From: Pseudomonadales bacterium
Lineage (GTDB): Bacteria > Pseudomonadota > Gammaproteobacteria > Pseudomonadales > JAUIET01
DNA: 47,980 nucleotides
Direction: 5' to 3'
NCBI GenBank assembly: GCA_051008535.1
Contig: JBPCXM010000557.1
Location: 1 to 47,980 of the forward strand
The position numbers and the translations under genes are program-made. The notes under the pieces were generated by a model. It searched no databases. It had not been told where the DNA came from and saw only the letters and a list, made by a program, of their open reading frames with translations. Each line of letters begins with the position of its first letter. The first letter of the stretch is position 1. Shown here in pieces: positions 1 to 10,400 of this stretch.

Positions 1-1258
1 TGACAATAGCCGCCATGCCGAACTCGCGCACACCGTAATAAATATAATTACCGTCGGCGGCTTCCGCTGTAATCGCCTTCGATCCACTCCACAAAGTCAG
101 GTTGGAACCCGCTAGATCGGCCGAGCCACCCATCAATTCAGGTAGCAGCGGCCCAAATGCGTTTAGCGCATTTTGCGATGCCTTGCGGGTGGCTATGCTT
201 TCTGCACGATCCTGGGTCGCCTGAATATACTGCTGCGCCTGCTCGGCAAATTCAGCAGGTAATTCTCCGCGCATACGGCGTTCAAATTCAACGGCCAACT
301 CAGGGTTCTGTTTCTGGTAGGCTTGAAACTTCTCCTGCCAGGCCTGCTCTTGCGCGGCGCCGCGCTCACGCGCGTTCCACCCGGTGTAAATCGCTGCGGG
401 CACTTCGAACGGCGGGTACTGCCACCCTAACTCTTTACGCGCAACCGCGACTTCATCCGCCCCCAGTGGCGAGCCGTGAACTCCGCCGGTGCCCTGTTTA
501 TTGAGCGCACCTTTACCAATAATGGTTTTGCAGCATATCAAGGTTGGTTTGTCAGTCACTGCACGCGCGGCTTCCAGCGCCGCTCGCACTGCATCGGCAT
601 CGTGCCCATCAACGCCCGGCAACACATGCCAGCCATAAGCTTCGAAGCGCTGCGGTGTGTTATCGGTATACCAGCCGCTCACATCACCGTCGATAGAGAT
701 ATCGTTGTCGTCGTAGCAGGCGATCAACTTGCCCAGGCCCAGCGTGCCGGCCAGCGACGCCACTTCGTGCGAGATGCCTTCCATCAAGCAGCCATCACCG
801 ACGAAAACGTAGGTATGGTGATCGACGATATCCAGCCCGTCGCGGTTAAAGTGTGCGGCCAACGCTTTTTCGGCCAGCGCCATGCCGACCGCATTTGCCA
901 GCCCCTGACCCAACGGGCCGGTCGTAGTCTCAATACCGGGCGCGTAGCCATATTCGGGGTGACCCGGCGTTTTAGAGTGCAATTGACGGAAGTTTTTCAA
1001 CTCTTCCATCGGTAATTGATAACCGCTCAGATGCAGCAGCGAATACAACAACATCGAGCCGTGCCCATTCGACAGTACAAAGCGGTCGCGACCACACCAG
1101 TTCGGGTTAGCCGGACTGTGTTGCAGAAAATCGTTCCACAATACCTCGGCGATATCGGCCATGCCCATAGGCATACCCGGGTGGCCGCTGTTGGCTTGTT
1201 GTACGGCGTCCATGCTCAACGCTCGAATGGCGTTGGCTAATTCAATACGGCTCGGCAT
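1..1258 (-). CDS. tkt: Transketolase, N-terminal ~419 codons (C-terminus lies beyond the window edge)
   Basis: Absent from the ORF track because it runs off the edge. Manual reverse translation from CAT at 1256-1258 gives [41 protein letters not shown]...[18 protein letters not shown]...GHPEYG...[16 protein letters not shown]...[13 protein letters not shown], the canonical TPP-binding transketolase N-terminus. Confidence 0.95.
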   Translation of the reverse strand, partial: MPSRIELANAIRALSMDAVQQANSGHPGMPMGMADIAEVLWNDFLQHSPANPNWCGRDRFVLSNGHGSMLLYSLLHLSGYQLPMEELKNFRQLHSKTPGHPEYGYAPGIETTTGPLGQGLANAVGMALAEKALAAHFNRDGLDIVDHHTYVFVGDGCLMEGISHEVASLAGTLGLGKLIACYDDNDISIDGDVSGWYTDNTPQRFEAYGWHVLPGVDGHDADAVRAALEAARAVTDKPTLICCKTIIGKGALNKQGTGGVHGSPLGADEVAVARKELGWQYPPFEVPAAIYTGWNARERGAAQEQAWQEKFQAYQKQNPELAVEFERRMRGELPAEFAEQAQQYIQATQDRAESIATRKASQNALNAFGPLLPELMGGSADLAGSNLTLWSGSKAITAEAADGNYIYYGVREFGMAAIV

Positions 1259-1262
1259 GCTA

Positions 1263-1553
1263 AGTGTCCTGTAATGGGTAAATTGTTCATTCAGCGGGTC
1301 ACCAAGGGCTCAGCGGCGAGACGCGGTTTCGCAGGCATAGTAATGCCCTACGTCAAGAAAGCGCAACGAAGCGGATGGCCCCTTGGCGGCTCGCCCGCGG
1401 GGAACAAACCCAATTGCCCTCTGCAGCGTCGCCTAAGAGCGCCTACTTTTGGTGCAAGTTCTTGGAAAGGTGGCCAACATTCCCTGCGAACTGCGCCTTG
1501 CAGAGAACAATTGGGGTGGTTCTGAATGTACAGTTTACCCATTACAGGACACT
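1263..1553. repeat. Nested inverted-repeat element, copy E1 (MITE-like or REP-like, non-coding)
   Basis: 32-nt terminal inverted repeats: 1263-1294 versus the reverse complement of 1522-1553, 30/32 identical. A second internal inverted pair lies at 1408-1425 versus 1499-1516 (15/18). The core at 1454-1500 is about 85% identical to the reverse complement of 34605-34649. Confidence 0.8.
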
Positions 1554-1666
1554 AGCTCCGATGATTTTGGAGGTGATCAGAAGGGGCGCTATTGTCGCTC
1601 AGCCATGCTGGCAGAGTAAACACCGCAAACGGACATGCGAACCGTTCATCGCGTGCTACACCAATC

Positions 1667-1688
1667 TATATCAAAATATATTGATATA
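1667..1688 (+). promoter_or_regulatory. Candidate operator: palindrome TATATCAA-N6-TTGATATA upstream of sahR
   Basis: Perfect 8-bp arms with a 6-bp spacer. It overlaps the predicted -35 box and sits 30 bp upstream of the start codon of an ArsR-family regulator gene. Confidence 0.55.
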
Positions 1689-1709
1689 CTTATTCTTGCT
1701 TGTTATAGT
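1681..1709 (+). promoter_or_regulatory. Predicted sigma-70 promoter of the sahR-metK-ahcY-metF operon
   Basis: TTGATA (1681-1686), a 17-bp spacer, then TATAGT (1704-1709). The -10 box ends 8 nt before the ATG at 1718, implying a leaderless or near-leaderless transcript. Confidence 0.5.
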
Positions 1710-1717
1710 GCCGGCCG

Positions 1718-2713
1718 ATGAATATGCCCACCCATGCCGGTCTGGCCGAAAATTCCCAGGTACACGCCCTCAGCCTGCTCAATAAAGCAGCTGCTGACGA
1801 GCTTCGATTGCATATTTTGCGCACTTTGAGGCGTGACTCGTTTGGCGTGGGCGAGTTGTGCGAAATTTTTGCAATACAGCAGCCGGCGATGAGCCACCAC
1901 CTAAAAGTGCTGGCGCAGTCGCAATTGGTAGCGACCCGACGTGAAGGTAACAATATTTTTTACCAGCGCGCGGCTGCAGCTTTGCAAGCCTGGTTGCAGC
2001 CGCTGAACGATTGCCTGTTCGAGACCGCGGACCAACTGCCGCTGCCCGCGCCAGTCGAGAAGCGCTTAAAAGCGATTCAAGATAAGCGAGCGCAGCTGTC
2101 TCGCCAGTTCTTCAATGACAACGTCAGCAAGTTCACTACACAGCAAGAATTGATCGCCGATTACCCAGTTTATGCGACACCAGTGGCTGAACTCGTGCAA
2201 CAACTCGATGCGCAGCAACGACGCAGCGTATTGGAGATAGGTCCAGGCTCGGGTGAATTCCTTGCGGAGCTCGCCACTCTCTTTACCCAGGTCATCGCGC
2301 TGGACATTTCCGAGGAGATGCTCAACCAGGCCAAAACATTTGCCAAGGCGCAGTGTCTGAAAAATACACGCTTTCTGCTAGGCGATAGCAAGCTAGCACT
2401 TAAAAAAGGCATTAACGTGCAAGCGATTGTGATGCATATGGTGCTGCATCATGTCGCCTCGCCCGCCGACTTGTTTGCTGATGCCACTGCCTTGCTAACC
2501 GACGACGGCCACTTATTCGTCGCCGATCTGTGTGAACACAGCCAGGACTGGGTACGGCAAGCTTGCGGCGATCTCTGGTTAGGCTTTGCACCAGACGAAC
2601 TCAGCCAGTGGGCGCTGCGAGCGGGGCTAAGCGAAGTACGAGAAGGTCAATATTTCAGCCTGCGCAACGGCTTTCGCCTGCAAGTGCGCCACTTTCAAAA
2701 ATCCACCGTTTAA
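1718..2713 (+). CDS. sahR: ArsR-family wHTH fused to a SAM-methyltransferase-like domain; SahR-type SAH-responsive regulator of methionine/methyl-cycle genes
   Basis: 331 aa. The N-terminal ArsR/SmtB helix-turn-helix (ELCEIFAIQQPAMSHHLKVLAQSQLVATRREGNNIFY) is followed by a class I MTase fold motif (VLEIGPGSGEF ... VIALDISEEM). It lies directly upstream of metK-ahcY-metF. Confidence 0.8.
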   Translation: MNMPTHAGLAENSQVHALSLLNKAAADELRLHILRTLRRDSFGVGELCEIFAIQQPAMSHHLKVLAQSQLVATRREGNNIFYQRAAAALQAWLQPLNDCLFETADQLPLPAPVEKRLKAIQDKRAQLSRQFFNDNVSKFTTQQELIADYPVYATPVAELVQQLDAQQRRSVLEIGPGSGEFLAELATLFTQVIALDISEEMLNQAKTFAKAQCLKNTRFLLGDSKLALKKGINVQAIVMHMVLHHVASPADLFADATALLTDDGHLFVADLCEHSQDWVRQACGDLWLGFAPDELSQWALRAGLSEVREGQYFSLRNGFRLQVRHFQKSTV

Positions 2714-2741
2714 CCATTTACATTAACAAAGGTACAACATA

Positions 2742-3899
2742 ATGAGCAAATACTCCCTGTTTACGTCTGAATCGGTCTCCGAAGGCCATCCGGACAAAGT
2801 CTCCGACCAGGTCTCCGACGCAATTCTCGATGCCATCATAGCCAAAGATTCGGACGCCCGTGTGGCGGTCGAGACCTTGGTGAAAACCGGCATGGTGCTG
2901 GTTGCCGGCGAAGTGCGCACCAACGCTTGGGTCGATATCGAAGAAATCGCTCGCGGCGTGATTAAAGACATTGGTTACAACAGCTCTGACATGGGCTTCG
3001 ATTGGGAATCGTGCGCGGTATTAAATGCTATCGGCAAACAATCCGCCGATATTGCCCTGGGAGTGGATGAAGGGGATGACAAAGACCTCGGCGCCGGCGA
3101 CCAGGGCCTGATGTTTGGTTACGCCACCAACGAAACCGAAGTGCTAATGCCCGCGCCAATCACCTATGCGCATCGCCTGGTGCAACAACAAGCCAAGGTG
3201 CGTAAAGACGGCAATTTGCCCTGGCTGCGCCCGGATGCTAAAAGCCAAGTCACCTTTCGTTATGGCGAAGACGGTAAGCCAGCCGCCATCGACGCCGTGG
3301 TGCTGTCAACCCAGCACAGTGCCGACATTAAGCTTGAAGAGCTACGCAGTGCAGTGTTAGAACAGATTATTAAACCGGTGCTGCCGGCGGAATGGCTTAA
3401 CGCCGACACCAACTACTTTATCAATCCCACCGGTAACTTTGTAATCGGCGGCCCGGTGGGCGATTGCGGCCTGACAGGGCGCAAGATCATCGTCGATACC
3501 TACGGCGGCATGGCGCGCCACGGCGGCGGCGCATTCTCCGGCAAAGACCCCTCCAAAGTCGACCGTTCCGCTGCTTATGCGGGCCGCTATGTGGCAAAAA
3601 ATATTGTCGCTGCAGGTCTGGCCGACCGCTGTGAAATTCAGGTCTCGTATGCAATTGGCGTATCGGAACCGACATCTATCAGTGTTAATACCTTCGGTAC
3701 CGGCAAACTGGCCGATGACAAGATTATTGAGCTGGTCCGTGAACATTTTGACCTACGCCCACGCGGATTGATCGAGATGCTGGACTTGAAAAGGCCGATT
3801 TATCAAGCCACCGCTGCCTACGGCCACTTTGGTCGCACTGAGGCTAATTTCACCTGGGAAAAAACCGACAAAGCCGATGCGTTGAAAGCCGCTCTGTAA
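2742..3899 (+). CDS. metK: S-adenosylmethionine synthetase
   Basis: 385 aa. Motifs [37 protein letters not shown] and [19 protein letters not shown]. Confidence 0.98.
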   Translation: MSKYSLFTSESVSEGHPDKVSDQVSDAILDAIIAKDSDARVAVETLVKTGMVLVAGEVRTNAWVDIEEIARGVIKDIGYNSSDMGFDWESCAVLNAIGKQSADIALGVDEGDDKDLGAGDQGLMFGYATNETEVLMPAPITYAHRLVQQQAKVRKDGNLPWLRPDAKSQVTFRYGEDGKPAAIDAVVLSTQHSADIKLEELRSAVLEQIIKPVLPAEWLNADTNYFINPTGNFVIGGPVGDCGLTGRKIIVDTYGGMARHGGGAFSGKDPSKVDRSAAYAGRYVAKNIVAAGLADRCEIQVSYAIGVSEPTSISVNTFGTGKLADDKIIELVREHFDLRPRGLIEMLDLKRPIYQATAAYGHFGRTEANFTWEKTDKADALKAAL

Positions 3900-3916
3900 T
3901 CACTGAGGAAATACAA

Positions 3917-5335
3917 ATGAATGCCAACGAACAAATAGACACAGCAAATCAAGACTACAAAGTGGCGGACATCAGCGAGGCCGAGTTTGGACGACGCGAA
4001 ATCGCCATCGCCGAACACGAAATGCCCGCACTGATGGCTTTGCGGCGCAAATATGCGGCCAGCCAACCGTTGGCCGGCGCGCGCATTATTGGTTGTATTC
4101 ACATGACTATTCAAACAGCGGTACTGATCGAAACACTAATAGAATTGGGTGCCGAAGTACGCTGGTCATCGTGCAATATTTTTTCTACCCAGGACCACGC
4201 TGCCGCGGCAATAGCGGCACGCGGCGTCGCCGTGTATGCCTGGAAAGGTCAAACGGTAGAGGAAGGCGAGTGGTGCATAGAACAAACCATTTTGCAAAAC
4301 GGCAAACCCTGGAACGCTAATATGCTGCTCGACGACGGCGGCGACCTAACCGCGATGGTGCATGAAAAGTACCCACAAATGCTCGAGCAAATCCACGGCC
4401 TGACCGAAGAAACCACCACCGGTGTGCATCGCCTGGTGGAAATGTTGCAGGAAGGTTCACTTAAAGTGCCAGCGATTAATGTTAATGATTCCGTTACCAA
4501 GTCGAAGAACGACAACAAGTACGGTTGCCGTCACAGCCTCAACGACGCCATTAAGCGCGGTACAGATCACCTGTTAGCAGGCAAGAAGGCGCTGGTTGTT
4601 GGCTACGGTGACGTCGGCAAAGGCTCGGCGCAAAGCCTGCGCCAAGAAGGCATGATCGTTAAGGTCTCCGAAATCGATCCAATTTGCGCCATGCAGGCTT
4701 GCATGGATGGTTTTGAAATCGCATCGCCATACAAAAACGGCATTAACACGGGTACGCGCGAAGGCATTAACGACGAGCTGTTGTCGCAGACTGATCTTAT
4801 CGTTACCACAACCGGCAACACCACGGTGTGCGACCGCTATATGTTGCAAGCGGTGAAGAAAGGTGCGGTGATTTGTAATATCGGCCACTTCGATAACGAA
4901 ATCGACACGCAATACATGCGCGACAACTGGGCCTGGCAGGAGGTCAAGCCACAAGTAAATAAGATCTATCGCGACACTAAACCCGGTAATGATTTTGATA
5001 TTAGCAGCGATGACTACCTATTGTTGTTGTCCGAAGGTCGCCTGGTAAATCTGGGTAATGCGACCGGTCACCCATCGCGCGTGATGGACGGTTCATTTGC
5101 CAACCAAGTGCTGGCGCAAATGCATTTATTTGAACTCAAGTTTGCTGACAAAGACGCTGCTACTCAAAAAGACTTACTCAGCGTTGAAGTACTACCGAAG
5201 AAGCTCGACGAAGAGGTAGCAGCGTATATGGTCGAAGGGTTCGGCGGTGTGGTGACGAAAATGACCCAAGAGCAGGCGGACTATATCAACGCGCCGGTCG
5301 ACGGACCTTACAAACCGGAGCACTACAAATACTAA
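3917..5335 (+). CDS. ahcY: Adenosylhomocysteinase (SAH hydrolase)
   Basis: 472 aa. NAD-binding motif [15 protein letters not shown], plus TTTGVHRL and [18 protein letters not shown]. It starts 17 nt after metK. Confidence 0.97.
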   Translation: MNANEQIDTANQDYKVADISEAEFGRREIAIAEHEMPALMALRRKYAASQPLAGARIIGCIHMTIQTAVLIETLIELGAEVRWSSCNIFSTQDHAAAAIAARGVAVYAWKGQTVEEGEWCIEQTILQNGKPWNANMLLDDGGDLTAMVHEKYPQMLEQIHGLTEETTTGVHRLVEMLQEGSLKVPAINVNDSVTKSKNDNKYGCRHSLNDAIKRGTDHLLAGKKALVVGYGDVGKGSAQSLRQEGMIVKVSEIDPICAMQACMDGFEIASPYKNGINTGTREGINDELLSQTDLIVTTTGNTTVCDRYMLQAVKKGAVICNIGHFDNEIDTQYMRDNWAWQEVKPQVNKIYRDTKPGNDFDISSDDYLLLLSEGRLVNLGNATGHPSRVMDGSFANQVLAQMHLFELKFADKDAATQKDLLSVEVLPKKLDEEVAAYMVEGFGGVVTKMTQEQADYINAPVDGPYKPEHYKY

Positions 5336-5344
5336 AGGGAGCTT

Positions 5345-6190
5345 ATGAGCAATTTGACCGACAACAAGCGGCTCAGCTTCGAGTTTTTCCCGCCCAAGAC
5401 CGATCCCGGGCGGAAGAAACTGCAAGTGGTGTGGCAGACGTTAAACGAGCTCAAGCCAGAATTCTTTTCGGTGACTTATGGCGCCGGCGGTTCCACCCGC
5501 GAGTTTACCCGCGGTATCGTCAGCGCAATGCGCGCGGCCGATATTTCAGTGGCGCCGCATCTTTCGTTTGGCGGAGATGACGATCAGTCGATGCTGCAAT
5601 TGCTGCGCGATTATCAATCACTCGGCGTCGATCGTATTGTCGCACTGAGGGGCGATATTCCGTCTGGCATGGGCAACGCGCAGACCGTGCATGCCAATGA
5701 GCTGGTCGCGTTTATTCGCAAACACTGCGGCACCGAATTGCAGCTCGAAGTCGCCGCCTACCCCGAAATACATCCGCAGGCCGAATCATTTAGCAGCGAT
5801 TTGCATTTCTTGCGTAACAAAATGGAGGCCGGCGCCAACAGCGCCATCACGCAATATTTTTACAATGCCGACGCATATTTTTATTTTCTGGATCAGTGCC
5901 GGAAAAACGGAATCAACGCACCCATCTATGCCGGTATCATGCCGATCACCAACTATAAAAACCTGGCGCGCTTTTCGGCCAACTGCGGAGCGGAAATTCC
6001 TCGCTGGATAACGCAGCGGCTGGAATGCTTACAGGATGATGCAGATGCGTTGCGCGAATTCGGTATCGAAGCGGTCAGTCGCTTATGCGAGCAATTGCTA
6101 CGCGGCGGCGCGCCCGGCTTGCATTTTTACACGATGAATACCGTTGAACCAACGGCGACCATCTGTCGCAATATTGGCTTTAACTCTTAA
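5345..6190 (+). CDS. metF: 5,10-methylenetetrahydrofolate reductase
   Basis: 281 aa. SFEFFPPKT start typical of MetF; whole-length MTHFR-family similarity. Confidence 0.95.
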   Translation: MSNLTDNKRLSFEFFPPKTDPGRKKLQVVWQTLNELKPEFFSVTYGAGGSTREFTRGIVSAMRAADISVAPHLSFGGDDDQSMLQLLRDYQSLGVDRIVALRGDIPSGMGNAQTVHANELVAFIRKHCGTELQLEVAAYPEIHPQAESFSSDLHFLRNKMEAGANSAITQYFYNADAYFYFLDQCRKNGINAPIYAGIMPITNYKNLARFSANCGAEIPRWITQRLECLQDDADALREFGIEAVSRLCEQLLRGGAPGLHFYTMNTVEPTATICRNIGFNS

Positions 6191-6208
6191 ATCTAACCGA
6201 TATACGCC

Positions 6209-6940
6209 ATGCGCGTTCCTCGCATTTACCACGACTCTCCGATAGTAGCAGCTGGGCCTCTCACGCTGGGTGAGCGAGCGGCGCGCTATCTCGGTCAGGT
6301 ATTGCGCTTGCAGTGCAACAGCCCCGTGATTGCATTCGACGGCTGTAGCGGCGAATGGCAGGCGATTATCACCAAGCTGGAAAAGAAATCGGTCCAATTA
6401 GACTTACAGCAGTTCACGCCAATTGATCGCAACGGCCCGCTCGGCATACACCTCGGCATCGGCTTGTCACGCGGCGAGCGCATGGATTGGATCGTGCAAA
6501 AGGCAACCGAACTTGGTGTGCACGCCATTACCCCGCTGTTAACCGAACGCTGCGAAGTTAAATTGCATGGCGAGCGCCTGGCAAAACGCATGCGACATTG
6601 GCAAGCCGTGAGTATCAACGCGTGCGAACAATGCGGTTTGAATGTATTACCCGAGCTGAATAATCCGGTCAACAGTAAAGATTGGGCACAGCAGTACGAT
6701 GCTGATCTGAAGCTGGTATTGCACCCTGAGGCCGGTCACGATTTCAATACTGATGTGACACCGAACTCGGTGCTGTTGGCGATAGGGCCGGAAGGCGGTT
6801 TCACTAGTCAGGAAGTAAAGCAACTAGGTGCTACCGACTTTACTATGCTGCGCTTGGGCGAAAGAGTGTTGCGCACCGAAACAGCTCCACTGGCGGCACT
6901 CAGTATTTTACAGCATCGTTGGGGGGATTTGCGCTTTTAG
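6209..6940 (+). CDS. rsmE: 16S rRNA (uracil1498-N3)-methyltransferase
   Basis: 243 aa. Starts MRVPRIY and has the C-terminal SPOUT motif LLAIGPEGGFTSQEV...LGERVLRTETA. Confidence 0.9.
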   Translation: MRVPRIYHDSPIVAAGPLTLGERAARYLGQVLRLQCNSPVIAFDGCSGEWQAIITKLEKKSVQLDLQQFTPIDRNGPLGIHLGIGLSRGERMDWIVQKATELGVHAITPLLTERCEVKLHGERLAKRMRHWQAVSINACEQCGLNVLPELNNPVNSKDWAQQYDADLKLVLHPEAGHDFNTDVTPNSVLLAIGPEGGFTSQEVKQLGATDFTMLRLGERVLRTETAPLAALSILQHRWGDLRF

Positions 6941-7422
6941 CCTTCGCTAAACTGCAAAATAGTGTTCTCGATAAATTCGAGGTTTGGAATGCTGGCCAAC
7001 TCGCCGTTAGCAGACACCACCATCAGTTCGGCAGGGCCCAACTCGGCTTGATTGTCGACCGCTAATTCTTCCGCACTGACACGCATCATGCGCGGTGCAC
7101 TCTGGGTCAGTATAGCCAGGAAAGGTAGTTTATCTGAGGTACCAATGCCATTCAACACGGCAATACTGCGGTGACCGCTACTCGACTGGAAAGGCTCATC
7201 GTTGAGCCCCTCAAATGACACTAATGGTATCTGCCGGGTACGCCAATCGAGATGACCAAGAAACCAGGTGGGCACATCGTCCATCCGCTGCGGCAGTCGA
7301 TGGCTAATGATCTCCGCGACAGAGACGTTAGGTAGCAGCAAATACTTGCGCGTCACCGGAATCAAAAAGGTGGATAGTTCCGTCGCGGCCTGCTGTAAGT
7401 TTGCGGTACTCGCCATATTCAT
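6937..7422 (-). CDS. CheW-like coupling protein, ChpC-like, last gene of the Pil-Chp cluster
   Basis: 161 aa single CheW-type domain, 22 bp downstream of chpA. Its stop codon overlaps the rsmE stop (TTAG at 6937-6940). Confidence 0.75.
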   Translation of the reverse strand: MNMASTANLQQAATELSTFLIPVTRKYLLLPNVSVAEIISHRLPQRMDDVPTWFLGHLDWRTRQIPLVSFEGLNDEPFQSSSGHRSIAVLNGIGTSDKLPFLAILTQSAPRMMRVSAEELAVDNQAELGPAELMVVSANGELASIPNLEFIENTILQFSEG

Positions 7423-7444
7423 TACCTAGCCTGCCGGCTCGCCC

Positions 7445-10400
7445 TCACCCTTGTTGCTCAAGACGTTCCCGTCCGAGCAAATCGGCAATCGCATCGAGCA
7501 ACTCCAGTTCCTGATACGGTTTACCAAGATAATTATTAACACCGATGGAAATTGCACGCTCGCGGTGCTTATCGCCGGTACGCGAGGTAATCATAATGAT
7601 CGGCAGATCACTCAACTCGCTGTCATGGCGAATTTGGTTAGCCACTTCGAAACCATCCATGCGCGGCATTTCGATATCCAGCAGCATAAGGTCGGGGCGC
7701 TCGTCTTGCAACATCGACATGGCTTCGACACCGTCGCGGGCGACGATCACATCCATGCCCTGACGTTCGAGGAAGCGCGACGTGACCTTGCGTACCGTCA
7801 CCGAGTCATCAACCACCATGATCTTGAGGGCTTGATTTGTTTCTTCTTCGACGACATGATCGATGACGAAGTCGTCGCGATGCATATGCAAGGCGTCGTT
7901 GCGAATCAAGGCCAGCATGTCCAGAATGACGACCACGCGGCCGTCGCCCAACACAGTGGCGCCTGACACTCCTTGTACCATGCCAAATTGAGCGCCCAAC
8001 GATTTCACAACAATTTCGCGACTACCATGCAACTCGTCTACCTGAATTGCCATGGAATGATCAGCACCACGTACCAAGATCACCGGCAGTGGAGCACCTT
8101 GAGGCTGTATGTTCGGTTGCGCATCGACGCGCAACAGCGAACCAATATAGCGCAACATATACGGTTGGCCGGCGTACTCAAACATCGGCGCGTCCGGCTG
8201 ATAGTAGGCTTCCAGTTCAAACGGACTGACACGCACAATACCTTCGATCGTATTCAGTGGGATGGCGTAGGTATCACCAGCAACCGATACCATCAACGCA
8301 CGGTTTACCGAAACGGTAAACGGTAGTCGAATGATGAATTTGGTGCCATGCCCTTCTAGCGACTGAATGTCCATCACGCCGCCGAGCTGCTTGATTTCGC
8401 TGTGTACGACATCGAGACCAACACCACGACCCGAAATCTGCGTGACTTCAGTTGCCGTGCTAAAACCTGACTCCAGAATAAATTGCAGAACCTCATGCGG
8501 CGTAAGATCTGCTTCGGCATCCATCAAGCCGGCGTCAATAGCCTTGCTACGGACCCGTTCCAGATTAATACCGGCACCATCGTCCTCCAGCACCAGTACA
8601 ATTTCGTTGCCCTCGCGTACCAGGCCGAGTGTGATTTGACCCGCGGCCGGCTTACCCGCATCGCGTCGCTGTTGTTCCGATTCAATGCCGTGGTCGACGG
8701 AGTTACGCAGCATGTGCTCAAGCGGCGGCAACATGCGCTCGAGCACGCTGCGGTCCATTTCGCCTTCCATATTGAGCATTTCAAAATCAACTTGCTTGTC
8801 GAGTTCAGTACTGACCTGACGCACGATGCGACGCAGGCGTGGTGCGACCCGTGCAAACGGCACCATGCGCGACTGCATCAAGCCCTCTTGCAAATCGGTA
8901 TTGATACGCGATTGCTGCAGCAACAGCGTTTCCATGTCGCGCGCTCGTTCATTCAGCGTGCCTTTCAGATCCATCAAGTCAGAGGCGCTTTCCATCAATG
9001 AACGCGAAAGAGTTTGCAAATGCGAGTAGCGATCCATTTCTAACGGGTCGAAACCTTGCAAGCCTTCTTGTTCGACCTGCTCTTGGCGAAATAGTATTTG
9101 TGCTTCGGTTTCCATTTCCAAACGCCGCAGTTTTTCTTGCAGCCGTTCTACGGTGGATTGCATTTCCTCCAATGAAAAGCCAAATTCGCTGACCTGCTCT
9201 TCAGCGCGTGCTCGGGAGATACTGGTCTCACCAGCCAGGTTCACCAGGTTCTCAAGTAACTGGCTCGGTACGCGCACCACTTCTTGCGAACCACGTTTGC
9301 TCGCCTCGGCCAAGAAGGCGGCGTTCGCCTCCCCACCCATGGCACCAACCATTGAGCTGGCAACTGCCGCTCCGGCCGGGAACGGGCTGCTGACGCTTGG
9401 CACCTGCGGCTGATTAAACGGCAGTACGTTATCCGGCCGTGATGGTTGTGAATCAGGCACACTCGATGGAGCTGTATCGTTGTCCATTGGCTGTTGTTCA
9501 GCAGAGGGCGCGCCACCTTTGCGCAGCGCATCAACGTTGCTGGTAATCTGATCAACATACGCCTGTAATTCTTTGAAGAACTTTTTGGTGATCCGACGAT
9601 TCTTCTGTTGGGCGTCGGTCAAGAACGTCTCGCAGTCATGGCTAATATCGCCAAGTTCGGTCAAGTCCGCCAGTCGCGCACCACCTTTCAAGGTATGCAA
9701 CAAGCGCAGCAGCTCGTCCAGATACTGCTTGTCCTTGGGTTCATCCATCCAGGCATGTACGCTTTCATCGATGCCTTGCAGTATGTCGACGGCTTCCTCG
9801 GTAAATATCTCGATGATTTCATCGCTTGTTTCGTCGTCGTCAGCGCTATGGTTGTTATCCACAGACTGACTGCCAAGGTAGGCGCTAATCTCATCGCGCC
9901 CGGGCGTCGCGGCCGCAAGCAATTCCGCTTCAGCCTCCATTGCAGCGCTGAGGTCGACTTCGTCGTCAAGCTCCAAAGCTTCGACAAATTCTACATCTTC
10001 ACCATCACCAGCGGCAGCGCTGACTTCTTCAACGTTGTCTTCGGCACCAGATGCTTCGCGCGCTTCCATCCAGTCTTCGAGTTCGAAGTCCGCCATATCG
10101 TCGTCTGACTCGACATCCATGCTGACCTCGATCAAATCTTCGTCGGCGAGCTCTATAACGTCAGATTCTATTTCTGCGACATCTATGTCCGCAATTGGCT
10201 CAGCTTCCTGCTCTTGTGCGAAGTCAATGCTTTCCAGCTCCGCAATCAGGTCGGTAGCAGGTTCTGCTGATTGACCCGCAGCAAGGCGGTCCAGCATATC
10301 GTTGAGAGCGTTCTGCGAGCGCGTATTCAAGGTAAAGAATTCTTCAGGCGCCCGCTCTACTATTGCGGCCTGTTCGCAGGTTTGCGCGCTCAAGCCTGCC

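Noticed and set aside
157-1240. Plus-strand track ORFs (157-504, 476-1015, 1016-1240)
   Set aside because: They lie antisense to an unambiguous transketolase reading frame, and their translations are Arg/Ala/His-rich with no recognisable motifs.
1274-1542. Two ORFs on opposite strands, both starting MGKL(F/Y)IQ
   Set aside because: They are a mirror artefact of the E1 terminal inverted repeats. Neither has a ribosome-binding site or a recognisable fold, and the translations are low-complexity.
1554-1717. Search for an SAH or SAM riboswitch upstream of the methyl-cycle genes, including the 28-nt and 17-nt spacers before metK and ahcY
   Set aside because: The spacers are far too short. The sequence at 1554-1717 shows none of the conserved SAH-riboswitch pseudoknot elements I could recognise. 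Regulation is better explained by the SahR-type regulator.
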